This document shows, one piece after another, positions 36,836 through 50,000 of a stretch of 64,000 nt of DNA. How positions within the stretch are numbered: position 1 is the stretch's first letter; each line of letters opens with the position of its first letter. The translations under genes were made by a program, and so were the position numbers. Source of the stretch: Fimbriosthenelais zetlandica. Taxonomy: Eukaryota. The stretch lies in assembly GCA_977030845.1 (NCBI GenBank), contig OZ365110.1, positions 51,770,001 through 51,834,000 of the forward strand. The letters are read 5' to 3'. A model generated the notes under the pieces. That model did no database searches, was not told the DNA's origin, and saw nothing but the letters and a program-made list of their open reading frames with translations.

Positions 36836-39800
36836 GTAGAAAAATTGACAGATGAACAAATTGCAGGTAAGAATTATTGCTTGCACTGTAATTATTGCTT
36901 GTACTGTAATTATTGCTTGTACTGTAATTATTGCTTGTACTGTAATTATTGCTTGTACTGTATAAGACAGGTTGATGCTAACTGCGTAAAATGGATCGGT
37001 GTTAATGAAATTATGACATAACTAATTCTGTCTGTTGGTCATCTTTTAGAGTTTCGAGATGCTTTTCAACTGTTTGACAAAGATGGAAATGGGTATATTT
37101 CAACCAAAGAACTCGGCATGGTCATGCGCTCTTTGGGCCAGAACCCGACCGAAGCCGAACTCATGGAGATGATCAATGAAGTAGATATTGACGGTATGTT
37201 GATGTATAATTATTCATCATTGAAATAAATTAACATGGTTATGTTATCTTAGCAGCATATCCACAATTACTCTGTACAGAAATAGAGGCAACCATCTTGA
37301 GATCTTTTTTGGATTAACAAGCACTTAAATTCACATAAATTAAGGCACTTGCTTTTGAGCCACTAATTAATAGCAAAATTTTGCCCAGGTCCCTGTTTGT
37401 TGATGGTAAGATAACAGGCATTAATTTAGATTTTCGGCAGATTCGTGGTCCCCTTAATTTGGGCAATCTCTGATGCCACCAATTTTGGATATCTGTCATT
37501 TTATTGTGGGAAAGACGCAGGTAATAACATGGGAGAGGCATCATATCAGAAAAAGTCAGTTTGGTCTGTGAACAAAATCCCACTTAAATGATTGCTTTTG
37601 AACTACAGAAACGAGCATGGGGGAGCCAACTTACTAAAGGGACCCTCAAGGGGATAGATTTAATGCTTGTAAAAAGCCCACTGGCTGCATTCACATTATT
37701 AGTACTTAAGACTGGTCTGTGAAGCGAGTGACATTTTCTGAGACCTCTTCCTTGAAAGTAGGCCTTACACAGCTATAAATATTACTGGGGACTTCACAGT
37801 TATTGGTGCATTAGTCTCTATATTAGATTGACCTTTTAAAATAAAGCCATAGTGTTACATGGCTGATACCAACTCCACATGCATTCTTATATCAGACTGG
37901 TAAATCCAACGGTTTTTAATGAAAGATTTTTCACGAAATAATCCACAAAATAGCTATATTGTATTGATATTGTACTGGTACCTCGATGAGACAATTGTCC
38001 TTCTATAGTATAGCCCCCGGCATAGCCTATACACAGTATGTATTTTGACAAAATACATGTCCTGTGGAAGCAAGAGGCTGAACTTACTGTACTGGGCTGT
38101 TGTGTTAGTATAGTGTCCAAGGACGGGCTGTTGTGTTAGTATAGTGTCCAAGGACGGGCTGTTGTGTTAGTATAGTGTCCAAGGACGGGCTGTTGTGTTA
38201 GTAGAGTGTCCAAGGACGGGCTGTTGTGTTAGTATAGTGTTCAAGGACGGGCTGTTGTGTTAGTATAGTGTCCAAGGACGGGCTGTTGTGTAAGTATAGT
38301 GTCCAAGGACGGGCTGTTGTGTTAGTAGAGTGTCCAAGGACGGGCTGTTGTGTTAGTATAGTGTCCAAGGACGGGCTGTTGTGTTAGTATAGTGTCCAAG
38401 GACGGGCTGTTGTGTTAGTATAGTGTCCAAGGACGGGCTGTTGTGTTAGTAGAGTGTCCAAGGACGGGCTGTTGTGTTAGTATAGTGTTCAAGGACGGGC
38501 TGTTGTGTTAGTATAGTGTCCAAGGACGGGCTGTTGTGTAAGTATAGTGTCCAAGGACGGGCTGTTGTGTTAGTAGAGTGTCCAAGGACGGGCTGTTGTG
38601 TTAGTATAGTGTCCAAGGACGGGCTGTTGTGTTAGTATAGTGTCCAAGGACGGGCTGTTGTGTTAGTAGAGTGTCCAAGGACGGGCTGTTGTGTTAGTAT
38701 AGTGTCCAAGGACGGGCTGTTGTGTAAGTATAGTGTCCAAGGACGGGCTGTTGTGTTAGTATAGTGTTCAAGGACGGGCTGTTGTGTTAGTATAGTGTCC
38801 AAGGACGGGCTGTTGTGTTAGTATAGTGTCCAAGGACGGGCTGTTGTGTAAGTATAGTGTCCAAGGACGGGCTGTTGTGTTAGTATAGTGTCCAAGGACG
38901 GGCTGTTGTGTTAGTATAGTGTCCAAGGACGGGCTGTTGTGTTAGTAGAGTGTCCAAGGACGGGCTGTTGTGTTAGTATAGTGTTCAAGGACGGGCTGTT
39001 GTGTTAGTATAGTGTCCAAGGACGGGCTGTTGTGTTAGTATAGTGTCCAAGGACGGGCTGTTGTGTTAGTAGAGTGTCCAAGGACGGGCTGTTGTGTTAG
39101 TAGAGTGTCCAAGGACGGGCTGTTGTGTTAGTATAGTGTCCAAGGACGGGCTGTTGTGTTAGTATAGTGTCCAAGGACGGGCTGTTGTGTAAGTATAGTG
39201 TCCAAGGACGGGCTGTTGTGTTAGTAGAGTGTCCAAGGACGGGCTGTTGTGTTAGTAGAGTGTCCAAGGACGGGCTGTTGTGTTAGTATAGTGTCCAAGG
39301 ACGGGTTGTTGTGTTAGTATAGTGTCCAAGGACGGGCTGTTGTGTTAGTATAGTGTCCAAGGACGGGCTGTTGTGTTAGTAGAGTGTCCAAGGACGGGCT
39401 GTTGTGTTAGTATAGTGTCCAAGGACGGGCTTTTATGTTAGTATAGTGTCCAAGGACGGGCTTTTGTGACTAGTATAGTGTCCCAAGTACTGTTGTTCAT
39501 ATTAGGTTAGTTCTTACTCCATTATTTAATCATTTGTAGGCAGCGGTACGGTGGATTTTGCCGAGTTCTTAAACATGATGGCGAAGAAGATGGAAAGTAC
39601 GGATTCTGAAGAGGAAATACGCGAGGCGTTTAGGGTTTTTGATAAGGAAAATAATGGTTACATCAGCACAGATGAGATGCGTTTTGTCATGAGTCACCTC
39701 GGTGACAAACTGACCGTGGATGAGATAGAGGAGATGATCACTGAGGCTGACGAGGACAACGATGGACGCATTAGTTATGATGGTAAATTCTAAATTAAAG

Positions 39801-40024
39801 CTCATATAATTCATACAATATCTGCCCAGTGACAGGTATACACTAGCTGTACACTCTCCTTGAAGTTGAAAGTTATTATGCTCAAATGTTGTTGGTTTGC
39901 CCATAATTATAACATCACACAAACATTCTTCTCATTACGTCTAGCTAAAACATAATTGAACTAAATTGAACTATTTCTTTTCTTTTCAGAATTCGCTGGT
40001 ATGATGATGGTTAACAAAGTATGA
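36836..40024 (+). CDS. Calmodulin-like protein 1 (four EF-hands, about 151 aa; ATG exon not located)
   Basis: Exons 36836-36866 (31 nt), 37050-37193 (144 nt), 39540-39782 (243 nt) and 39990-40024. Protein (M)[150 protein letters not shown]. It is clearly diverged from canonical CaM. Confidence 0.93.
36872..36961. repeat. 18-bp intronic tandem repeat, 5 copies
   Basis: Unit aattattgcttgtactgt begins immediately after the splice donor of the 31-nt exon. Confidence 0.95.
38094..39488. repeat. 31-bp intronic minisatellite, about 45 copies
   Basis: Unit gggctgttgtgttagtatagtgtccaaggac is arranged head-to-tail with no spacers. It has three recurrent single-base variants and degenerate terminal copies. 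Confidence 0.98.
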
Positions 40025-43000
40025 GTATGGAGTCCAACTCCCAAGAAACATAGAATTCATCACGTTGCCATTTTGTAAAATCTTGTTAAGATTTTTTGAT
40101 CTTTCATGCTTTTTTACCGTGATATTTGCTCATATTTGCTCATCTGACATAATGCGCTGCTCAATATTAGAGCACGCATTGATATTTTTACTATTTTATA
40201 GATTTTGTCACTAGCAATCTGCATTACTCTTTTCTATACATTACCAGGCATCGAATGTTATTTAACCATTTATGCTTCACCTATGCAAATTTTGAACGAT
40301 GGCTCATTATTACTTTTAAGGGTGATGGATAGTGTACCATAATTAAAATTCATAATTACACTTAATGAATACATGCACTGTGGAGCACTTGTTATAAATA
40401 GGTGACTTGTCCCTGTCTGTGTTACTGTACAAATTTGTAAGACGTTTTATAAATGGGTGTAATTTCTATAATGATGCATGGATGTGTTTAAATTATTAAT
40501 TATCATAAGTGTAATGGACAAGGGAACTTTTATGGAGTGTCCCCACCGAACTGGTTGTCTAATAGAATTCTAATATGGGATTGATATATGTCACTTTCAG
40601 TGGAGAGTGCTGTCACATCAATGTCTGACCGCTGTCACTATAGTCTCTATGAGAATCTATTGGATGTGACACCAGTCTTTTGGGATTAGTCTTAATCCTG
40701 CAATGGACTGGGCTAGTCCTTTTGATGTGAACACCTTTATTAGCTTACTTCTTCAAGAAAATATTAATATTATAACTCTAGATAGACCTATATCTAAGTG
40801 ATGTAAATATCACTCCACGTTTTCCTTATAATGATAATTGTCACAATACTCGTATATATATTTGACTTTAAATTTTAAGCTTTCATGAATCTATTAATAA
40901 CACACACTTATGCCATGGATGGGATCCACAAAATCATCATTAATTTATCCATATTATAGGAAAGTAACACCATAAGTCACATTAGTATGAGCCTCTAAGA
41001 GGTTCTGCAGCCAAGCTTATTATGGATATTTGGACACATAGAATGCCACATCAGACACAAACTTATATCTAAGTCCCTTGAGCTCTAATGATGTGATACC
41101 TGAATATATTATTTTCAGGTGTCATAACACTAAGTACAGTTTCCAGTTCGACTGAAAAGGAATGAAACACTTAGAAATTAAATTTCAAAATAAATAAATA
41201 ATAAACAATGGCTCATGTGGAGTAGGCAAAAATGTAAATTAGGATTTTAAAGTATACACTTTGTAAAGGTGTAGAGTAGCATTGAATAGCATTGCATGAA
41301 TATCATACGTGGCATATTAACCACAGTTGAGGTCTCTTTCTGATAAAAAATATGTGGAAGCCCCTATCCAGGATGTCCACATTTCAACTTTATATGAATT
41401 GTGCACGAATTAGATCTTTTATCATCTATCGATCTTGCCGAGTATGATGATTTGCATTAGCATGGTAGGCCTAGTTAAATCTGGGCAGCACTCAAAGTAA
41501 CCAAGGTTCAACCAATGAAAAATACAAAAGTGGGAAATGTAAATAATTTGCCTTAATTGTAAGGCCTAGGAATCGAGACAATGATATTTGTGATTACGTT
41601 TGATTTTTTGTACTGATTAGTTCTCATGGGAAACATGAAAACTGTTGATCCCTCTTCCCTGGAAATACACGATTCTCTGTCATCGAAAAAAGAACAAAAT
41701 GCAAAACCATTATTGGAAGCTGATATAGCTAATCCAAAAAGGATAATTGACAATGTAGTCATTTAGCTCGTATATTTCATTAATATGTCTTCACGTCCAT
41801 TTAGCTTTGCTATTGAAGACATTGACCTGTTGCACTTTCATTGCTTGTTAGAAAAAGGTTTTATATATTTTCTGGTAATATTTTTTTATTGCAATCAATG
41901 TGACTAAGTTCGTTATTCGGACAGTATTGCTCACGCTATGCATTCCAGCGCTTTCACATTTTTTTTTTTTTGCTTTAATAAGATAAGTACACAACATTGT
42001 GTCATTATATCACAAGCTCATGCCTGCCACATATATCTATTCTTCCATTTTAACATGTATACTGTTGCTCAATAATCAATATTATATTTATTGGTAATGC
42101 ATTCGATAATTTCTCTTTTCATTCAGTGCTATATTATGCTGGGATTTCGCTGTGATTATGTGGGGTTCATCATAAATATTCATTGATATATCTATGAGGA
42201 TTTGTGATAATGCACTATGATTTCACTGCAAAAATCATTGACTAATTAACGTAAGCCATTACGTTTTCATAAATCTAAGGCAAATCGAAGGAGAATAATA
42301 ATTTTGTACAATACTTATCGATCAGTTATAAACTGATGCTGAAGATTTCTGCTGAATCACCACAAAATAACAACAGAATTCCAGACAAAAAGGGTGTACA
42401 GGTGCACAACTGAGTTGTGTTTTTGTATATAGTTGTCTTCGCCATTTGGCCATTATCATTGCATTTTACTCAAACGTCATATTGATATGATATTGATATT
42501 TTCACTATACATTTGTATATCTCTTCTAAATATTTTTTTTCCATTCAATATCTCTGTCTTGTGTCTACAGACTTGGCATCTTATCTGAAGACTAGATTAC
42601 TTATTATGGGGCGAATTTGTTGGTACCTACATCACTAGACAATATATAGCCGCCGTTCTTTGATAAGGTTAGAAATTAGTTCCTGCCTCACTCACTAATT
42701 TCTTTGAAATTCAGCTTAGAATCAGTTTAGGATTGGGGATAAATAAATAATGAGTAGAGGGTAATTTTATCATTTCTGTAAACATTAAATTCTGCATTTG
42801 AAGGCCCGTCCTCAAATAGACTTATTTGTTAAAACCATTAAAAACAACGAGTCTCGCTGTCCAGTTAAACCCGTACGGAATATTGCATTACGGAATTGAA
42901 TATGAACCCATCACCTGTCATGGGAATTTATGAATTTACTCCAAATTATTCCTTATCTGACGTTTATGTTTGAGCAGTAAGTACTATCATACACATTATA

Positions 43001-44786
43001 TCTGTGGGTCTTGAATGTGAAAGCAAGTTTTAGACAAGTTGGCTCAGCTCAGGATATATGTTCTGTCCAATAATGAATGTTAATTTTTGTAGGAAAGTTA
43101 TAAGAATCTAAATCATCAGATGTGCAGTGCATGACAGCATAGAGTTTACATGTATCGATGGTCAACGATGAACATTTGGCTGGGCTTTCTATGAACTCAG
43201 ATATTTGTTAATATTTAAATTGAATTCAGGGATGTTTTAATTGTTTGCAGTGCAGTCCTTATTATTATGTTAATTATAGCAGTTAATTTTAGTGATAATG
43301 GTATCAGACACCGTCAAGAACAAAGGTTCATTCAATTCTGTTTTCAAGACCCTCAAGTAACTGCTGGGAATTTTTGGCCATTCCTCATGCAACCCATGCT
43401 TGATTCTGAAATACATTACATTATATCTTTTATTTCCAGTGTTGTTCATGATAATCAAGAAGCGCACTTATAAATCTTAGAATTTGGAGAAAAGTAGAAC
43501 AGTTAACCACCAGATAATCTAGTTATGTAAGGAACAATACGAAAAGTGATTACCAGCATTGACTGGATTGATTACACTAATTTTAGAGAACGAAATATTC
43601 TACAGCGATAGTTATATAGAAGGTTCTAATAACTAGCGACCAGAATTGGATTTATATATACCGGTAGATTAATGACATCTGTAGGGTATAGACTGATGCC
43701 ATGAAAGATGGGGAATCTCGGTGAATCACAAGATGCATCTTTAAATCTTTATAACATCTAGTCACTAACATTATTAGTTAATAACACAGGTTTGAGGGTC
43801 ACTCATGTTGACGGGTTTTTGAATGGCATCTCTTTGTCATCTCTCCGTGCTTAATCGTCCACTATATTATATATTTTCACTTCATACTTCCACTATTTAA
43901 ATGTGCATTTGTGTCATCCACGTATTTTAAATAAACAGATTCATAATCATAGTCTCCGGCATTTGTTCATTTCCATTTGCAAGGCGAGGGCGGAGATCAA
44001 TTAGGCGGAATTGACATGCAGGCCTCCACCTGTCATTGTGTCAACTAGAAACGTAACTTTTTGAAATATGCGTTTAAATCAAAAATCATGAGAAATGGAA
44101 ATAAATCCCCGCATCCAGGGGCCTGTTTCAGCGTAAAAATTTCCCATAGACTTAGCATTGCTATAGTAGTTGTATTGAAACAGGCCTTGTCCGACTCCTT
44201 CCCAACCCCGCACTCCACTCCATTTCCTGGCCAGGCCACTTTTTATCTCCTCGCTCCCATGTCCTTACCCCATCAGGCTGCCCAGATCTCCTGGAATTAT
44301 CTGGGGATACCATTGCCTGTTTTCCAAAAGCAATTATACCAATCATAATTTCACAATGATTGTAATTCTGATGTAAATTTATTTAGGCAGCATGGGGGGA
44401 AATTAATGATTTATAAGTTCAATAAATTCAGGCCAATGCCCGCATGTCACATATTATAACATGATCCATGACCAGCAATCATATACACTGCAATCTTTGT
44501 ATAATAGTACATTATTTAGAATTTGTTTTGGAAGACTAACATACTCAAGGCTCATGAGTAGCATGTATAGCCATGGAATATCTAATCTGATAGTCTGTAG
44601 TTCACGGTGATGCTAAAGAATTTCCCAAAGAAACTCTCAGGAAGTAAGGCATGAAGGCCCAACAAACCAAAGTCCAAAGGGAATTATTGGTTCAGCTTCT
44701 ATGGTCCTGTGAGAAAGGCATCACCTTATTGATGTAAAGATGTTGGCACTTATGCAGGAATATATTTCTCACGTGAATATATAAGA

Positions 44787-44926
44787 TTATTTTCCAAGTA
44801 GACAAGCCACAAATTCTGGAAAAAAAACCCCAAAGATTATGTGGAAATTGTCGGACAAATGACACACAATAAAGATGAAGCTGGTAAGGAATTTAGTGTT
44901 CCGGCTTCCTCAAAACTGATATCATC

Positions 44927-44962
<36 letters not shown>

Positions 44963-46455
44963 ATCCATTTACCTTCAAATGAGATTTTGCCATCACCATC
45001 CATATCAGCTTGTTGTATCATTTCCTCCACTTCTTTTTCAGACAGATCCCCGTCTAGGTTAATCATGACGCTGTGTAATTCCTGTGCACTAATGTAACCA
45101 TTGCCATCAGAGTCAAACACCTACACAAGCAATAAGGGTATAGTTTTATAAAGAAGAAGTGGTCAAACCTTTTTCTGAACAATCAATTTATTACACAAGG
45201 GCCTCCTTACCTTGAATGCTTCGACAAGTTCTTCCTCGTTGTCAATTTTGTTCATTCGTTGACTCATCATGTACAGGAACTCTGGAAAGTCTATTTGGCC
45301 ATCACCTGTGGGAAACAGAATTTATCAATATCCTTAGCCTGAGAAATCATGCCATTCACGAAGACGAATTTCAATAGTATTTAGGGGGAAATAGATACAA
45401 AAGAATTTGTAAAAAGGAAGATATACATGTATGTATAAGGAATGATAGAAAGTGAGACTTCCTGAAGAGATAAGCGTAATGGAGAATGTTATTGAAAAGA
45501 CCAGAGAAATGAAAGGGGAGAGAAGGCTAGGATCTGTATGAAATGAATGAATGGATGCACAAAGGGACCTAAATGAATGACAGGAAATAAAGGAAGAATC
45601 CTACCATTTTTATCAACAGCACTAATCATACTGGTGATGTCATGTTGTGTTGGGTTCTGTCCTAGTAACCGGAAAAGTGTTCCCAACTCTGATGCATCAA
45701 TACAGCCATCATCATTCTTATCAAACATGGAAAATGCTTCTCTGTATTCTGAAATGAAAAAAAAACATAAATAAACCGATTTCAACCTTTCAGCTAACAA
45801 ATGTATTCTCCCTATTATAGGATATTTTCTTTTACAAATCTCTAAATGTTAAAAGTTAAAGCCATGTATGAGATTAGCATTAACTCAATTACTGGTCCAA
45901 CAAATCTTACCCGCTATAGTTTCTTCATCGAAATCAGCACACTGGAAAAAAGAATTACATAATGTAAATCCGATCAGGTAAACAGATTAGAGTAGATCCT
46001 GTAAAAACCAATACCAGAGGAGGCATACGCATAATAGTCCTTATATACATGCAAGAACAATGGAACTGCCAATCATAACAGGACCTCTCATGTAAGGAGT
46101 GGTTTGAATGGATTTGTTTTAACATGTACTTTCCAAAGACGAGTAGTTTACATACCACATTAATAATAAATCCACACTACTGCTCATTATGGAACATAAA
46201 TAAAATATTTTTGAGTTATTAAATTTTAATATACAGCTCTGGGATATAAGATATGACATACAACAAGACCAAAAGAATGTCCTATATCAATAGAAATTGA
46301 GTGCACCTAACTGCAAGGTTCACCTTGGCCCTATGATATGATATATATCAGAAGAATACTCGGGAAATTTATATATTTTTTGTGTACAAAACATTTAAAC
46401 GTTAACTCACCTGAGAGACTATGGGTCCCAATTTCTCGTAAGCAATTCCTTCCAT
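44787..46455 (-). CDS. Calmodulin-like protein 2 (four EF-hands, 163 aa, short N-terminal extension)
   Basis: Exons 46455-46411, 45941-45911, 45748-45605, 45305-45211, 45120-44973, 44815-44787 (492 nt, in frame). Protein [163 protein letters not shown]. The first exon is the least certain. Confidence 0.9.
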
Positions 46456-46979
46456 GTTTAACTGTTGCTGTGTTGATGTTTAATGAAGTCAATCACTGCT
46501 GCTACAAGAGGCTCATTATAACCCATGGCTTATCAGACGCCTTATATAAGTGTTTCAGGCTTTAGTTTGTAGCCACTTGTCAGGCAGTCCGAGCTAAGTC
46601 ACAATGACTAATAACAATGGTATTATAGTAGTCGGCACAATGCCATTGCCTGATTGGATTGTGCTGGTGGAAGGGGAGAAGGAAGTTTGGAGAGGGAAAA
46701 GCCACACTGCTGGAAGGAATTGGAAGAAGGGACTGAGGAGGAGGAAATTAGCTATACCCGTAATACCTATAATGATATTTTTGGTAAAACCAATTATACC
46801 TTGTATGGTAAAACAGTTCCCAGGAACCGCATAATCTATTTACTGACTATTAGTTTATTACATAAATCATTATTGATCCAATATTATATTGCATAAAAGG
46901 ATTTAACATATGAAGAAGCGCCAAGACGTCCCAGTATATGAACTAAGAGTGTGAGAATACTGGTCATAAGGGGCCTGTT

Positions 46980-47500
46980 TAAGAGAAAATGGGTCTACAT
47001 CATGATGTCCCTCATGCAGTACATTAATTTGACAGAACAGATCATGTTCGATAGTGTAAAATCTATAGAAAAACAAGCTTTCAATCACCAGGGAAACATA
47101 AAAGTCTTCAGGATAACATCGAGTCATTTACTCGGTATGGGTAAGATTTTGTTGAAATGTTCAGATGGTAATTCATAGTACATGTATGCCCGATGTACGC
47201 CGTTTGCATCTCAACTTTTCAGCTTTTGAAGCACTTTTTCATCTTTTCGGAACATGAACCATGATAGTGAATGTTGGTTGAGGCCATTATATCCTATAGG
47301 AGACATTAATAGAGTTCTCACTGAATGGTTATACATTATACCAATATGTACAGTCTCTATTCTCTCCATGCCTGCTTGACTGACAGACTCTGAACCTTTC
47401 AGGACAAACTACACAGAATGTGCTTCAATGTGCCACATGAAGCAGAATCGGGCGTTGTATTTGTGTCTAGGGACTTGGGGGATCTAATTACCAGCATGGA
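46980..47500 (+). mobile_element. Decayed LINE (CR1-like) reverse transcriptase C-terminal remnant
   Basis: Remnants in the expected order: LMQYIN (47011, cf. LFLIYIND), MFDSVKSIE, SLQDNIESF (47103, cf. LQ.DLD.L) and RDLGDLI (47469, cf. KDLGV.I). Interrupted by stops. Confidence 0.35.
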
Positions 47501-50000
47501 AACAGTCGGGGTGTACTATCTATAGGCAAAAGCACATTTCATGTTGCATAATAATTACTGACGAAGTTAGTATTAGAGCTGTAGACATCTCAGATTTATG
47601 TAGAATATTATATATCGATGATCTGGAAACCTCTCATGCAATATATCTGTAACATAAATCTTTTTTTTTGGAAAATTGCAGAATATAAAGGTGAGAAAAA
47701 ACCTCATGTAGGCATAATATAGTCGCCAATATGGTATTGTTGATCGACCTAAATACTAGGATAGTACTCCCAATAATATTACCGCTATTAATCATAGAAG
47801 GCATACATGGCTCAATACCTTTGCGATTTAAGTTCATACCTTGCAACCAAGGATCTGCAACCTTTAGTCGCAAACCTATAGTCAGTCATGCGTGTCTGCT
47901 ATTTACGTACGGAGATGGAAAATAATACCAAGAGACACGAAAAAACACAATATTTCCGTATCGTTACACCCAATCATCAGAGATATAAAAGTGTAATAGG
48001 AGCATTAAATATATAATTACAGATGCACCCGGGTGGAACTTACATTGTTTTATCCTGGGCGAGGTGGGACTGTAAGAATCATGAGGGTTATAGTTGATAT
48101 GGTTCATGGTTGTGTTGTGTCAAGGTACAATGTCTCCCAGGTGTGTAACCAGACCTCAAGTTCAAGACGAACATAACTCACAGTCTCCTGTTTACTTAAC
48201 TTTTAAAGTTATTCGAGCACGTTTCACAATTTTTTTCTATCTTTAAGAAACCAATGGCAGGAGCCAAACACCTGTAAGTGGTTCCCTAATTGTCACGTAT
48301 TAGAAGTCACACTCTAGAAATTCGACATTTAAGGTTTTAGAATTGCACTAATGTTTTCCTATAGATCTCAAGGTTCATTATCCTAACCCGGAAGGTTCCA
48401 ATTTGAGTTTCTTTAATTTAATCTTCTGATTAGCATCTTGTATTGTAGATATTAGTCGTTATGCTTACAGATACTATCTTTATTCCTTTTACAAATTCAT
48501 AAACCAAAACGTGATAATGAATGCTTTTACCATATGGCCTGGTATAGTGTAACGATCAGGGTCACTGAATCTCTCCATTTTATAGAGTTTCCCAAATGAA
48601 ATCAGGAATAGTGTACTTTATCCACAAAATATAAAAGATGCCTCACTTGATTAATTTACGGTCGTAATTCATTGACACTAAAGCTTAGTTGGGATGAAAA
48701 AAATCAGAAATCTACAAATGGAAGGTCCATTTACATTTAATGCATATACACACAATGATTTATAAATAAGAAATAAAAAAATAAATTAAATGAATAAATT
48801 ATCACCCTTTCTTACATTAATTATAACAGGTTTCTCCACATGATTCTCTAATGAGGAATGAAAAATGTCAACATCTCTGTCTCCGAAGTATATTTTTAAG
48901 CTATATCCTCACATATATGTAGTTTATGTTTACGTATTTTAAACTTATTGTACACAAATATACATTTCTGTACACCCCTGTGCACTCATGGCATTACAAC
49001 AATACTCTCTCAATGGATGACAGAATTTGAGGGGAGCAAAGATTCAGACCCCCTGAACTTTTAATGTATGAGTAACGACAAGATGTTGGCGAGGCCTCCC
49101 TGGGAGAGAGATATCTTTCACATCACAATAGTCAGACACATGAGAAGCTACCAGACTTATATCAAACATTCAGCCTTCACCATTACTTCATTTTGGAATT
49201 GGTTGCTGAGAAAGGTTGTAACACAGTCTGTCATTTGTGTTTCCATGGATATTTTTGGGATGTTGTCACATGGATTATCCCTCAAATACCCTGACAATCA
49301 GCCACTACCATGACTGACCTCATGTTCAGCCTGTGCATTCAAGTGGACTTAAAGGAAGAAGAAATCTAAGGCCCGAGATATACTGTTCGAAAAAAAGATA
49401 TATATACAGGAGTATCACCTCATAGAATGAACTAGTAAACTTTCAAGAACAAGGAAATTATCATCCAACATGGAGAACCCTGTCACTTATGTTGAAAGGT
49501 CAAAAGGACACTTTGAATATCCAGCCAACATCGATGGATAGCTGTTTTCAATCGGGGGTCAAATCATCGAAGATGTTTGTATATATATTCTCTTGTTCCA
49601 TTTAACATTTCTAGTAAACCTAATAACAGAGACCTGTCCTTTCAGTATCATACATATACCTTGGATCTCCAACCATATGATTAAAAACATATATAACATA
49701 TATCAAAGAGTCACATAAGGTATGTTTTCACGAATCCTTGAGGTGTAACCAATGACACGGACAATACCAGTCACCTATGTATACTGTAGGCCAATGCCTT
49801 CGGCAGAACTTACAACCCCATTGTAGGGTGTTTAATCGGGCACCTAGTACAAATATGATATATACAGTGGAAAGAACAGAAAGCACCTGTATAAATGAGC
49901 AACCAACAGTGGCAATGACTGTGCTCCATTTCTCACAGAAGGAATTATCAGATGACATTTGCCCTCTCATATCCGTGATTTAATAAGGATAACCGTCACC

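Noticed and set aside
36794-37021. Cys-rich NYCLYC-repeat ORF resembling a metallothionein
   Set aside because: It reads through a splice donor into an 18-bp intronic tandem repeat; the Cys periodicity is a by-product of the repeat.
38094-39488. CRISPR array
   Set aside because: The 31-bp units are contiguous with no unique spacers, lie in a eukaryotic intron, and have no cas genes nearby; this is a minisatellite.
41553-41762. Small secreted peptide ORF (MTTLSIILFGLAISA..)
   Set aside because: A 69-aa single ORF in AT-rich intergenic DNA with no recognisable motif or splice support; hydrophobic starts arise by chance in T-rich sequence.
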